Positions 1-9,737 of a stretch of 54,954 nt of DNA are shown here, piece by piece (position 1 is the stretch's first letter; each line of letters opens with the position of its first letter). A program made the translations under genes and the position numbers. The stretch comes from an uncultured Clostridia bacterium (lineage in GTDB: Bacteria > Bacillota > Clostridia > Christensenellales > CAG-917). The notes under the pieces are model-generated. The model worked only from the letters and a program-made list of their open reading frames with translations. It had not been told where the DNA came from and did not search any database. The DNA lies in contig CANDBF010000004.1 of the NCBI GenBank assembly GCA_947382865.1, forward strand, positions 1 to 54,954. The letters are read 5' to 3'.

Positions 1-60
1 GACGTACGTGACGGCGAGGAATATGGGCGTTGACAATGCAATGCGCCAAATAGCGAGGTT
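1..60. repeat. Partial copy of a dispersed hairpin (REP/MITE-like) element, cut by the window start
   Basis: 1-49 is identical to 9677-9725. Both copies end in GCGAGGT(T) directly against the stop codon of a minus-strand gene. Confidence 0.85.
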
Positions 61-1044
61 TTACTTGCTGATGGTGATAGCAAGATTATAAAGCTGCTCA
101 TCAAACTCCTTGGGGATTTTCAGAGCTTCGAGCACGGTGGTATCGTAGATATCGCCGCCGCGAACGCCGACGACTCTGCCGGACTGTCCGCACTCGATAA
201 GGTCGACTGCTCTTTGCGCCATGCGCGCGGCGAGCACGCGGTCCGCCATGGTAGGAATACCGCCGCGCTGCATATATCCGAGCGCCATATGGTTTACTCT
301 GCGGTTGGTAGCCTCCGCCACTTTCTTCACAAGCTCGTCTTTAAGTTCGTTTTTACCCTCGGCGAGAAGTATTATGGTTGAGGTTTTGCCCTTGTCGAAG
401 CCGCGTTTTACACTCTGGGCGATATCGTCCACGTCGGCGGGAGCCTCGGGGACGATAACATATTCCGCGCCGCCCGCAACCGCGGAATTGAGTGCGATAT
501 TGCCGCTCATTCTTCCCATGACTTCGAGCACCATAATGCGGTCGTGTGAGGTTATCGTATCTCTGAGCTTCAATATAGCGTCGATAACCGTATTACAAGC
601 CGTATCGTATCCGATTGTGGAGTCGGTGTATCCCATATCGTTGTCTATAGTGCCGGGGATTCCGATAACGTTGAGCTCGCTGTTCTCGTGCAAATCCTCC
701 ACGCCGCGGAAGGAGCCGTCGCCGCCTATTACGATAAGATTGTCTATCCCGCGTTTTATCAGATTGTCCGCCGCGCGGAGCATCACGTCCTTTTCCTTAA
801 ATTCGAGGCAGCGCGCCGAGCGCAGTATAGTTCCGCCCGCGTGCACGCTGTTGGAAACGGAGCTGTAATCCATAGGGAATATTTCGTCGTTGACCATTCC
901 CTTATATCCGTGTTTGATGCCGTACATTTCAAAACCGAGGTTCAGCCCGTAACGCACTACGGTACGTATGCAGGCGTTCATTCCCGAAGCGTCGCCGCCG
1001 CTGGTGAGCACGGCGAGTTTTTTATTGCATAATTTCTTTGCCAT
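61..1044 (-). CDS. pfkA: ATP-dependent 6-phosphofructokinase
   Basis: Motifs TSGGDASGMN, GGTILRSAR, IGGDGS, PGTIDND, EVMGR, LGYMQRGG; downstream of dnaE as in many Firmicutes. Confidence 0.97.
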   Translation of the reverse strand: MAKKLCNKKLAVLTSGGDASGMNACIRTVVRYGLNLGFEMYGIKHGYKGMVNDEIFPMDYSSVSNSVHAGGTILRSARCLEFKEKDVMLRAADNLIKRGIDNLIVIGGDGSFRGVEDLHENSELNVIGIPGTIDNDMGYTDSTIGYDTACNTVIDAILKLRDTITSHDRIMVLEVMGRMSGNIALNSAVAGGAEYVIVPEAPADVDDIAQSVKRGFDKGKTSTIILLAEGKNELKDELVKKVAEATNRRVNHMALGYMQRGGIPTMADRVLAARMAQRAVDLIECGQSGRVVGVRGGDIYDTTVLEALKIPKEFDEQLYNLAITISK

Positions 1045-1125
1045 AGATTTTCTCCTCTCAAGGATTTTACGTCTGATATTTTAGCACTTAGCGCGCGAAG
1101 TAATCAAGCGTACGCGCGATGTTTG

Positions 1126-4100
1126 TCATTTTTTACTCACGTATCTGACGCGATCGTCCCCCAGCAAATCGCTAAGCCTCGCGAGCAACTCTTCGCATAC
1201 GCGCACACGTTGCGCATATTCTTTGAGTTTTGGTTTCCCTTCGTAGGTTATCTGCGCATGGCAGGGGGTATTGCCCTCGTAAAGAGCCAGCACGTCCGCC
1301 ACGGTATCCTTTTCCGCCGCGCTGTTGATAAGCACGTAAAGCACGCCGCCGCTAGGATTGTACTGCTTGGCGTTGCGGCTCAGCTTTGCCGCGCCGTCGT
1401 TCTGCCACAGCTCGACCGTATCTATATTGATTTTCGGCTCGCTCTCGTCGCGCAGGTCAATCTTGCCGGACACCTTTACGGGCGCGTCCGCGCCGATTGC
1501 CGCGCCGAATTTCTCAAACGCGCGCGCGTACATAGAAAAAGCTATCGAGCCCGTTCTGTCCTCCAAGCGCCCTACTGCGAATTTCTGTTGCTGCTTGGTA
1601 GTCTTGATTTCGTAGGACGACACGATACATCCGAACTTTACAGCCTTGCCCGAAAGCGATTCGTCCACCTGCATTGTAATATTGCCTTCATCGTCGGGCT
1701 GTTCGATATACAGCATTCCTGTATCGAAATTGAATTCGCCCTTGACCTCGCTGTAATCGTCGAGCGGATGTCCCGAAATATACATTCCGAGCACCTCTTT
1801 TTCAAGCGAAAGTCGTTGCAGCTTGGGGTACTCCTCTAACTCGTCGTAGACGTCCTTATAAGAGACGGCTTCCTCGAAAATATCGTCGAAAAGGGACATC
1901 TGATCGGACATTCTGCTCTTTTTGGAGCGCACCACGTCGTCCATAATGCGCTCGTAGGAAGCCATAAGCGTAGAACGCGTTTTGCCGAAGCAGTCGAGCG
2001 CGCCGCCCTTTATCAGACTTTCGAGCATACGCTTGTTGAGCTGCTCGGAGCACCTTTCGAGCAAATCGCGCAAATCCTTGAAGGGACCGCGCGCGTCGCG
2101 CTCGGCAAGTATATATTCCACCGCCTGCTCGCCGACGTTCTTTATGCCGTGCAAGCCGTAACGCACGTTTTCGCCCTCAATGGAAAACAGTTTGCGCGAA
2201 CGGTTTATATCGGGAGACAGCACCTTGACCCCCGTACGTTTGAGGTAGTTCATATAGTGCTTCAACTCGTCCGCGTTGGTTATGCGATTGTTGACGACGG
2301 CGACGATGAAATGCGTCGGATAATAGCATTTGAGATACGCAGTCTGATACGTCAGGAACGTGTACGCCGCCGCGTGCGACTTGTTGAAGGCGTATTCGGC
2401 AAATTTCATAATTTGGTCGAACAGGTGATTTGCAACCTCCTCGTCCACGCCGTTTGCAATCGCGCCGATATTGTTCTTTTGGGTCGCGTCGCCTTTAAGC
2501 ACGCCGCCGTGCAGAAAAACGTTTCTCATCTGTTCGAGAACGTCCGCCTTTTTCTTGGACATAGCGCGGCGCATAATATCCGCGCCTCCGAACGAGAAGC
2601 CCGCCATCTTCTGCGCGATTTGCATAACCTGCTCCTGATACACGATACAGCCGTAAGTATTTTCAAGCACTTCTTTTAGTATAGGATGTGCGTATTTCAC
2701 GTCCTCGGGGTGCTTTTTGCCCTCGATGAAGTCGTCTACGAACTGCATAGGACCCGGACGGTACAGCGAAATTCCCGCTATAACGTCTTCGAGGCAGTCC
2801 GGTTGAAGCCTCGCCATAAAGCGTTTCATTCCGCCCGATTCCAACTGAAAGACCGCTTCACAGTCGCCCGACGAAATCAATTCGTAAATCTTGGGGTCCT
2901 CGTAGCCGAGCTTATCGAAATCCAGCTCCACGCCCTTGTCCTGCTTTATGAGCTTAATCGCCTCGTCTATGTCCGTCAGCGTTTTTAGCCCCAAAAAGTC
3001 CATTTTGAGCAGTCCCACGTCCTCTATTATGTTCTTGTCGAACTGCGTGGTTATGACGGGGCCGTTTCTAGACAACGCGCAATAGTTCTCTACGGGGTCG
3101 CGGCAGATAACCACGCCCGCGGCGTGCATCGAGGTCTGCCTCGGCATACCTTCCAGCTTCATAGCGAGGTCGATGACCTCTTTTGCGCTCAAATTGGTCT
3201 CGTACAGCTTCTTAAATTCCGCGCTGTAACAGTCGCTTCCGGGGGTGAGCACCTGCGGCAGGAAAGCTTTTCCCGTCGGAATCTCTTTGACCCACGCCGC
3301 GGCGTCGGCATACGGAATGTCCATAACCCTCGCGACGTCCTTGACGACCGCCTTCGCGCTCATTGTGGAATATGCGATAATCTGCGTCACGCAGTCCTTG
3401 CCGTATTTCTCTATACAGTAGTCTATGACCTCGCCCCTTCTTACAAAACAGAAGTCCACGTCGAAGTCGGGCATGCTTACGCGCTCTGCGGAAAGGAATC
3501 TTTCAAAGAGCAGCTGATATTTGAGGGGGTCTATATCCGTTATTCCTATCGTATACGCCACTATGCTTCCGCATCCGCTCCCTCGCCCCGGACCGACGGG
3601 AATGCCCATTTTCTTCGCCGCATTTACGTAGTCCCATACAATAAGGAAGTATCCGTCGTAGCCGCAATCGTGTATGACTTTCAACTCGTGATTGAGCCTT
3701 GCCTCCATATCGGGAGTGATCTCCGCGTATCTTCTGCCCAGCCCCTCCCATGCGAGGTCGTGAAGATACTGCTGCTCGTCTCTGTCACCCATTTCCTCGT
3801 TTGTGTATTTGGGAATGACGGGCGGACGTTTGAGCACGAAAAAGTCCTCTATCTTGTCGGCTATCTCGCGCGTTGTAGAAATAGACTCGGGACACCAGTC
3901 GAACAACCGCGCCATCTCGTCGCCGGATTTGAGGTAGAATTCGTCATTCTGAAACCTCGGCGAATTCTGCTTGTCGTCGGACTTCCTGCAACCGAGGGTT
4001 ATGCACATCATCGTGTCCTGCATTTCGGCGTCGTCGCGGTTGAGATAGTGCACGTCGTTGGTCGCGACTATTTTTACTCCTATCTCCCTTGCAATCTGCA

Positions 4101-4716
4101 CGAGTCTGTTGTTGACGATTTTGTCCTCTTCCAGACCGTGGTCCTGTATCTCTATATAGAAATCGCCCTCTGCGAACATATCGCGCATACGTATCGCGTA
4201 CTGCTTCGCCTCCTCGTACTTGCCCGCTAGTATGAGTCTCGGGATTTTTCCCGCAAGGCAGGCGGAAAGGCAAATAAGCCCATCGCTGTACTGCGCAATA
4301 TGTTCGAGGTCTACGCGCGGTTTCATATAAAACCCGTCCACAAACGCCATCGAGGACAGTTTCATAAGATTTTCGTAGCCCTTTTGATTTTTTGCGAGAA
4401 GTATAAGGTGATAGCGTTGCTTGATCACCTCCGTCGTCTTTACGTACATATCCTCCGCGACGTAAAACTCCTCGCCTATAATAGGCTTTATTCCGTCGCC
4501 GCGCAGCGTGGATACAAAGGAATGCACGCCGTACATATTGCCGTGATCGGTTATCGCGACGGCGTCCATTCCCATTCTTTTCAGCGCGTCGCTGAGCGGA
4601 TGGGTTTTCTTGGTTTTGTTGGGATTGTCGGGGTCGGACACGGGCTGAATAATCCGCACCGCTCCGTCGAGCAGGCTATATTCCGTGTGCAGATGCAGGT
4701 GAACGAAATCTGTCAT
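1126..4716 (-). CDS. dnaE: DNA polymerase III alpha subunit
   Basis: N-terminal PHP (HLHLHTEYSLLDG), GPGRGSGCGS, MPDFDVDF, HAAGVVI, KMDFLGL, YAFNKSHAAAY, C-terminal OB fold. Confidence 0.98.
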   Translation of the reverse strand: MTDFVHLHLHTEYSLLDGAVRIIQPVSDPDNPNKTKKTHPLSDALKRMGMDAVAITDHGNMYGVHSFVSTLRGDGIKPIIGEEFYVAEDMYVKTTEVIKQRYHLILLAKNQKGYENLMKLSSMAFVDGFYMKPRVDLEHIAQYSDGLICLSACLAGKIPRLILAGKYEEAKQYAIRMRDMFAEGDFYIEIQDHGLEEDKIVNNRLVQIAREIGVKIVATNDVHYLNRDDAEMQDTMMCITLGCRKSDDKQNSPRFQNDEFYLKSGDEMARLFDWCPESISTTREIADKIEDFFVLKRPPVIPKYTNEEMGDRDEQQYLHDLAWEGLGRRYAEITPDMEARLNHELKVIHDCGYDGYFLIVWDYVNAAKKMGIPVGPGRGSGCGSIVAYTIGITDIDPLKYQLLFERFLSAERVSMPDFDVDFCFVRRGEVIDYCIEKYGKDCVTQIIAYSTMSAKAVVKDVARVMDIPYADAAAWVKEIPTGKAFLPQVLTPGSDCYSAEFKKLYETNLSAKEVIDLAMKLEGMPRQTSMHAAGVVICRDPVENYCALSRNGPVITTQFDKNIIEDVGLLKMDFLGLKTLTDIDEAIKLIKQDKGVELDFDKLGYEDPKIYELISSGDCEAVFQLESGGMKRFMARLQPDCLEDVIAGISLYRPGPMQFVDDFIEGKKHPEDVKYAHPILKEVLENTYGCIVYQEQVMQIAQKMAGFSFGGADIMRRAMSKKKADVLEQMRNVFLHGGVLKGDATQKNNIGAIANGVDEEVANHLFDQIMKFAEYAFNKSHAAAYTFLTYQTAYLKCYYPTHFIVAVVNNRITNADELKHYMNYLKRTGVKVLSPDINRSRKLFSIEGENVRYGLHGIKNVGEQAVEYILAERDARGPFKDLRDLLERCSEQLNKRMLESLIKGGALDCFGKTRSTLMASYERIMDDVVRSKKSRMSDQMSLFDDIFEEAVSYKDVYDELEEYPKLQRLSLEKEVLGMYISGHPLDDYSEVKGEFNFDTGMLYIEQPDDEGNITMQVDESLSGKAVKFGCIVSSYEIKTTKQQQKFAVGRLEDRTGSIAFSMYARAFEKFGAAIGADAPVKVSGKIDLRDESEPKINIDTVELWQNDGAAKLSRNAKQYNPSGGVLYVLINSAAEKDTVADVLALYEGNTPCHAQITYEGKPKLKEYAQRVRVCEELLARLSDLLGDDRVRYVSKK

Positions 4717-4795
4717 ATATCTCCTCTCGGGCTTCGCCCGTTTTCGCAGATTGTAATTCTGTTTTTCTTTATTTTAGGTTACGCAAGCGAATGCC

Positions 4796-5761
4796 CTATT
4801 CGTCGCAGTAAGCCAGTGCTTCGATTTTTTTGAGTCTGTGATGCAGACAGCTCTTGGTCACGCCCAGCATATCGGCAAGCTCCTGCATAGAGGCTTCGGG
4901 ATACTGCGCCCGCGCCTCCGCCGTGTCGCGCAGCGACAGCGAAAGTTTTTCAAATTCATCTCGTGTTTTTAGCTTCGCGATGGCTATGACAAGCCTCGTG
5001 GACGCGGCGAAAGTCTTGTCCATATTCGCCGTTTCGCATATAATCGCCCTGTTCAGCTCGTTTGCCGTCTCGCGCTCGTCGATTACGGTTTGAAGCCGTT
5101 TTGCGCTGTCGCCGAGCCCTAGAATGCAAAGAATGCTCACTATTTCGTCCTTATCCTTGACGTATATGAGTTTGCCGCCGTTTCTGTCGCTCATTCGGGT
5201 TTTTATGCGCAAATCGCTGAGCAGCTCCATAACTCCGTCCGCAAACTCCTCGTCATAGAGCTGCAACTCGAAGTGATAGCCCTGCTTTTTTTCCTCCCCC
5301 GCTACGGGAGCGTACGCTCCGCCGCAACCGAGGTATAAGCCCTGAAAGTACGCTTTCATGCAGCACTGCTTTGTCAGAAGCTGTTGAGGCAGTCCGCGCG
5401 TGAAATTCATCAGTCCCTCGCCGTTTACGCTCATAAGCTCGAAGTCTATAAGCGCCTGCTTTGCAAAGCCCTGCGGAATCGTCACCTTGTACGTTCTTTT
5501 TTCCTTATCGAAGCCGCCGCGCTCCGAGTCGGGCGCGGTTATCGGACATTCAACGGGATATATGCTTTGAAGCATATCCGAGATTTTACGCGCCGCCTCG
5601 TACGTATCAAGCCGCAAATTTAAGGTCTGCCGACGTCCCGTTCCTTCAAGCGTTCCGCTCACCTTGAACAGCGCGGACAAAAACGCCGCCTTACAGCACT
5701 CGCCGCTCGGCAAAGCCGCAAGCAATTCCCTTTTGCTGTTTTCCTTAAACGTCGCGCCCAT
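4796..5761 (-). CDS. whiA: DNA-binding protein WhiA
   Basis: CCKAAFLSAL, GYHFEL, YVKDKDEI, NR..CETANMDKT, C-terminal HTH (ASMQELADMLGVTKSCLHHRLKKI). Start moved to the ATG at 5761 (MGATFK), overlapping the end of the PHP gene. Confidence 0.9.
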   Translation of the reverse strand: MGATFKENSKRELLAALPSGECCKAAFLSALFKVSGTLEGTGRRQTLNLRLDTYEAARKISDMLQSIYPVECPITAPDSERGGFDKEKRTYKVTIPQGFAKQALIDFELMSVNGEGLMNFTRGLPQQLLTKQCCMKAYFQGLYLGCGGAYAPVAGEEKKQGYHFELQLYDEEFADGVMELLSDLRIKTRMSDRNGGKLIYVKDKDEIVSILCILGLGDSAKRLQTVIDERETANELNRAIICETANMDKTFAASTRLVIAIAKLKTRDEFEKLSLSLRDTAEARAQYPEASMQELADMLGVTKSCLHHRLKKIEALAYCDE

Positions 5762-6509
5762 AAGTCCAATCCCTTTTATCCTTGAAGACGGGCGGTCTTC
5801 CGTCCGTGCCGTATATTCTTTCGACGGGAATTCCGCACTCCTTTGCAAACGCTTCAACCCTGTTGAATTTACCCGTACGCTTCGCACTGTGCGCGTCGCT
5901 TCCCAAAATCAGCTTTACGTCCGATTTCAAAACCGCATTTATTCCCTGACCCAGAACGTCGATATGCTTTTCGTTAAGCTCGATATAAACTCCGTGCTTT
6001 GCCGCACCGTTACAAACCGATTCGAAATCTACGGGCGCAAGATGACCGAGGTGCGCGATTACGTCGACGGGATAGTTTTCCATAACGAACAGATACGCTT
6101 CGGTGTTCTGACAAATCAGTTTCTCCTTTTTTGCCCGACTTCCGAAGCCGTTTGTACGCACCCATTGCATATCCTCGCCCGCGAATTTCGGAAGAATATA
6201 TCTATGGAAGCCCGCGATGAGCACGTCGCATTTTTTTATGACGGAATGCGGTACGTCAAGCCTGTGCCCTACGATATTGCCCTCAACGCCGTGAAGTATA
6301 TCGACGTTGCAGTTTTTAAGGTCGGCAATAAGCTCCCTCTGCGCCGCAAATTTTTTATCGGTCAGATGACATAAAAGAGTTTGAAATGAATGGTCGGTAA
6401 TCGCAATCTGCGAAAGCCCGAGCTTTTTTGCGGCGGCAAGATGACGGGAGATTGTAGCTCTTCCGTCGCTCGAAAATGTATGCAGATGATAGTCGCCCGA
6501 AATCCTCAA
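5745..6509 (-). CDS. PHP domain protein (HisJ/YcdX-like phosphoesterase)
   Basis: DYHLHT, AITDH, GVEGN, AGFH, IAHLG, GSDAH. Likely TTG start at 6509 after a GGAG SD. Confidence 0.88.
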   Translation of the reverse strand: MRISGDYHLHTFSSDGRATISRHLAAAKKLGLSQIAITDHSFQTLLCHLTDKKFAAQRELIADLKNCNVDILHGVEGNIVGHRLDVPHSVIKKCDVLIAGFHRYILPKFAGEDMQWVRTNGFGSRAKKEKLICQNTEAYLFVMENYPVDVIAHLGHLAPVDFESVCNGAAKHGVYIELNEKHIDVLGQGINAVLKSDVKLILGSDAHSAKRTGKFNRVEAFAKECGIPVERIYGTDGRPPVFKDKRDWTYGRDV

Positions 6510-6584
6510 TTTTTCTCTCCGTTTCAAATTGGCATAGCTTATTATGCACTCGGCGCGTTTGCGTGACGGCATTTCCGTCTGCAA

Positions 6585-7571
6585 TTACTTTACGTAAACA
6601 AATTCCCTTTGTATCCTTACGCCGTATTTTGCAAATACCTCTATTTCGCAAAGTCCTACGAGCGTCATAAAATCCTTTGCTGTCGCTCCGCCGACGTTGA
6701 CTATAAAATTGCCGTGAAGCTCAGATATCATCGCGCCGCCTACTCGTGTTCCGCGCAGTCCGCACCCGTCTATAAGTTTTCCGCTCGGAATCTCACCGTT
6801 TTTGAAAACGCTTCCGCAGGACGGCTGTCTCGGTTGCTTTGCAAGTCTTAGTCCGAGATATTCGGAAGCCGTTTTTCGCGATTCCTGTGCCGAAACACTC
6901 TTTCCCTCGAACACCGCGCCTAGTATCACTCCCCCCGCGCCCTTTCTGTACCCGAAGCCGCATTCGCCTACGTCGAATTCCGCTATGGCGCATAAATTTT
7001 CCACATCTCCGCCGGAAATTATGTCGCCGCGCGAATGGTTTGAATTTATATCGCCGATATAAGCGCAATTTACATAATCACTGTTTAACACGCGTATTTT
7101 GTGCACGTAATCCGCCGTTTGCGCGCCGAACGCGCCCGCGTTCATATGCACAATGCCGCCAACGGTGGCAGGCACGCCCGTCATAAATTCAAGACCTCCG
7201 AGCGAGTGCTCTCTCATATTCGTTATAACGTCGCTTATCCTCGCGCCGCTTCCCGCTATGACCTTATTCCCGTGAATTTCTATCCCGTCAAGTCCCTTGG
7301 TGGAAATAACGGGAGAAGCGCAAAGTCCGTCGGCAAGTATGACGTCGGAGCCGCCGCCGAGTATAAACGGGCAAACGCCATAGCGCAAAAAATGCCTGTA
7401 TAGCCGCGTCAACTCGCTTTCGGTGCGAGGAGTAAATACGCACGCCTTGCCGCCGCCCTTGAACGTGGTGAGCTCGCAAGCGCTATTGAGCGTATACGGA
7501 GTTGCGCACTCCGCCTGCGCACGGTCGCATATTACTATAATACTGCCGATTTCCTTTTGCGTTTCAGACAT
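6585..7571 (-). CDS. murB: UDP-N-acetylmuramate dehydrogenase
   Basis: TTFKGGG, LGGGSDVI, GLEFMTGVPATVGG..MNAGAFG, KQP..PSCGSVFKN, GGAMISELHGNFIVN. Confidence 0.93.
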   Translation of the reverse strand: MSETQKEIGSIIVICDRAQAECATPYTLNSACELTTFKGGGKACVFTPRTESELTRLYRHFLRYGVCPFILGGGSDVILADGLCASPVISTKGLDGIEIHGNKVIAGSGARISDVITNMREHSLGGLEFMTGVPATVGGIVHMNAGAFGAQTADYVHKIRVLNSDYVNCAYIGDINSNHSRGDIISGGDVENLCAIAEFDVGECGFGYRKGAGGVILGAVFEGKSVSAQESRKTASEYLGLRLAKQPRQPSCGSVFKNGEIPSGKLIDGCGLRGTRVGGAMISELHGNFIVNVGGATAKDFMTLVGLCEIEVFAKYGVRIQREFVYVK

Positions 7572-7628
7572 AGAATCATTCTATGCCGAATGCAAAGCGT
7601 TGTATATTATACTATAAAACTTTTTCTA

Positions 7629-9461
7629 TTACAAGTCGCTCGGGGCATTGTTTTTTGCGGTAAGCGCGGCAAGCTGTTCGAGAATATACTCCGCCTTGCT
7701 GTGGGATATGCCGTCCAATTCGGCGAGCTCCTCCGCCGTCTTATGCTTTATATCCTCGACTGAGCCGAAACGCTTTATAAGCGCGTTGGCGGTTTTGTCT
7801 CCAACTCCCTTTATGTTCCTTAGCACGCTCTCGCTAAGGTGCTTGCTTCTCAGCGACCTATGGAAGGTTATTGCAAATCTGTGCGATTCGTCCCTCACCC
7901 TTTGCAATAGCTGTAAAGCTACGCTGTCCTTGGGCAGAATAACGGGAGAGGTCGGGTCGCTGCCGAGGAATACCTCCTCCTCTCTCTTGGCAAGCGAGAT
8001 TATCTCTATGTCCTGTTTGCCCGTCGCCGCCTGCGCCTCTTTTGCGTATGCAAGCTGTCCCTTTCCGCCGTCTATGAGCAACAGGTCGGGAACGCTCGAA
8101 AAGCTCTCGTCCTCATCGTCCAGTTTGAGCAGACGTCTTGTGAGCACCTCTCGCATACACGCGAAATCGTTGTTGCCCTCTACGGTTTTTATTTTGAATT
8201 TGCGATAGTGCGCCTTCTTCGGCTGTCCGCCCTCGAACACCACCATGCTCGCGACCTTATCCGTGCCCGAGATATGTGATATGTCGTAGCCCTCTATCCT
8301 GTTCGGCAGGGTTTTCAGCCCCAGAAGCTCGGCGAGCTGTCTCACCGCGCCCGTTGTACGAAGCTCCTTGCGCTCGTCCTGCGTGCCGTACTTGACCATA
8401 GCGTCGTAGGCGTTGGAATGGGCGAGCTCGAGAAGCTGTTTGCGCACGCCCTGTTTCGGCTCCACGACGCGCACGGTGTGCGGACAAAGGTTATTGACCG
8501 CGTTTTCGAGGCTTATCATATCCTCTACTCCGTCCGTCACAATCTCGTCGCAGAGAGGCGCGTTGTTGACGTAATACTGATATACGTAGGACGCCAGATC
8601 CTCGTCCGCGGCGGTCGACGTGAAATTTTCTCCGCCTACCAGCTTTCCGCCGCGCACGACGAGCATATTTATTGCGGAAATTATGCCGTTGGACTCGAAC
8701 GCGAAAATATCCAGATTAAATTCCTTGGGCAGCGCGCTGACCTGCTTTCTTACGATTTTTTCAAGCACGCGCAGCTTATTGCGATAGTTCAGCGCGACCT
8801 CGAAATTTTCCTCCGCCGCAAATTTCATCATCTTCTCATTGAGAACTCTTTCCACCTCTCTGTCGTTACCGCGCAGGAAGTCCGCGACCTTTTGCACCTC
8901 CTGCCTGTACTCCTCGCTCGAAACCTCGCCCGAACAAGGCGCAAGACATCTGCCCAGATGCTTATTGAGGCAGGGTCTGGACGGTTTGCTCAAATCCCTG
9001 CCGCAGTCGCGCACGCAGAACGCCGTGTGTATAAGGTCGGTTATATCGCGCACGTTGACGGACTGCATATAAGGTCCGAAATACTTCGCCCCGTCGTTTT
9101 TCAGCTTCCTTACCACCTCGATACGAGGAAAGGGCTGTCTCATATCGATGCGCAAAAATGGATAGGACTTGTCGTCTTTGAGCAGAATATTATATCTGGG
9201 AGTGTGCTTTTTGATAAGGTTGTTTTCGGTCACGAGAGCGTCAACCTCGCTCGCGCAGATGATATATCTGAAATCGTCCACGTGTTCGAGCATCGCCATA
9301 ACCTTTGCCGTACGGTTGGAGAGATTGAAAAAATAGGATTTCAGTCGGTTTTTGAGATTTTTGGCTTTTCCAACATAAATAATCTCCCCCTGCGCGTCGA
9401 GCATCATGTATACGCCGGGGGTTGTGGGCACGTCCTTTAATTTCTCCTTGAAATCTACCAT
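7629..9461 (-). CDS. uvrC: Excinuclease ABC subunit C
   Basis: GIY-YIG (PGVY..IIYVGKAKNLKNR), Cys-rich region, RIEGYDISH, PDLLLIDGGKGQ, RDESHRFAI, HhH C-terminus. Confidence 0.98.
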   Translation of the reverse strand: MVDFKEKLKDVPTTPGVYMMLDAQGEIIYVGKAKNLKNRLKSYFFNLSNRTAKVMAMLEHVDDFRYIICASEVDALVTENNLIKKHTPRYNILLKDDKSYPFLRIDMRQPFPRIEVVRKLKNDGAKYFGPYMQSVNVRDITDLIHTAFCVRDCGRDLSKPSRPCLNKHLGRCLAPCSGEVSSEEYRQEVQKVADFLRGNDREVERVLNEKMMKFAAEENFEVALNYRNKLRVLEKIVRKQVSALPKEFNLDIFAFESNGIISAINMLVVRGGKLVGGENFTSTAADEDLASYVYQYYVNNAPLCDEIVTDGVEDMISLENAVNNLCPHTVRVVEPKQGVRKQLLELAHSNAYDAMVKYGTQDERKELRTTGAVRQLAELLGLKTLPNRIEGYDISHISGTDKVASMVVFEGGQPKKAHYRKFKIKTVEGNNDFACMREVLTRRLLKLDDEDESFSSVPDLLLIDGGKGQLAYAKEAQAATGKQDIEIISLAKREEEVFLGSDPTSPVILPKDSVALQLLQRVRDESHRFAITFHRSLRSKHLSESVLRNIKGVGDKTANALIKRFGSVEDIKHKTAEELAELDGISHSKAEYILEQLAALTAKNNAPSDL

Positions 9462-9544
9462 ATGACGATTATAGCCTAAATAAGTAAGAATAGTAAAGTT
9501 AAATATTTCTTATATGATATGTCCGTTACGCCAATTTTGAGTTT

Positions 9545-9737
9545 CCCACCCTCCTCATGTGTTCCGAGGCTTTGCGGTTTGGCGCGCGCCCTGCACGCGC
9601 CGGTGCAGTCTCTTGAATGAGTGTTCATTAGATGCAGGGCGCGAAAACGCCCATATTCCGAGCCGCCTAACGTACTGACGTACGTGACGGCGAGGAATAT
9701 GGGCGTTGACAATGCAATGCGCCAACTGATGCGAGGT
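9545..9737. repeat. Multi-hairpin dispersed repeat / candidate structured RNA, 3' of the ABC transporter gene
   Basis: Arms AACGCCCATATTCC (9646-9659) and GGAATATGGGCGTT (9694-9707) enclose an ACGTAC..GTACGT core. CGCGCCCTGCA (9585-9595) pairs with TGCAGGGCGCG (9633-9643). 49 bp are identical to 1-49. The left boundary is approximate. Confidence 0.75.

Noticed and set aside
1126-4716. Intein in DnaE
   Set aside because: The length (1196 aa) is normal and no intein splice-junction motifs interrupt the polymerase motifs.
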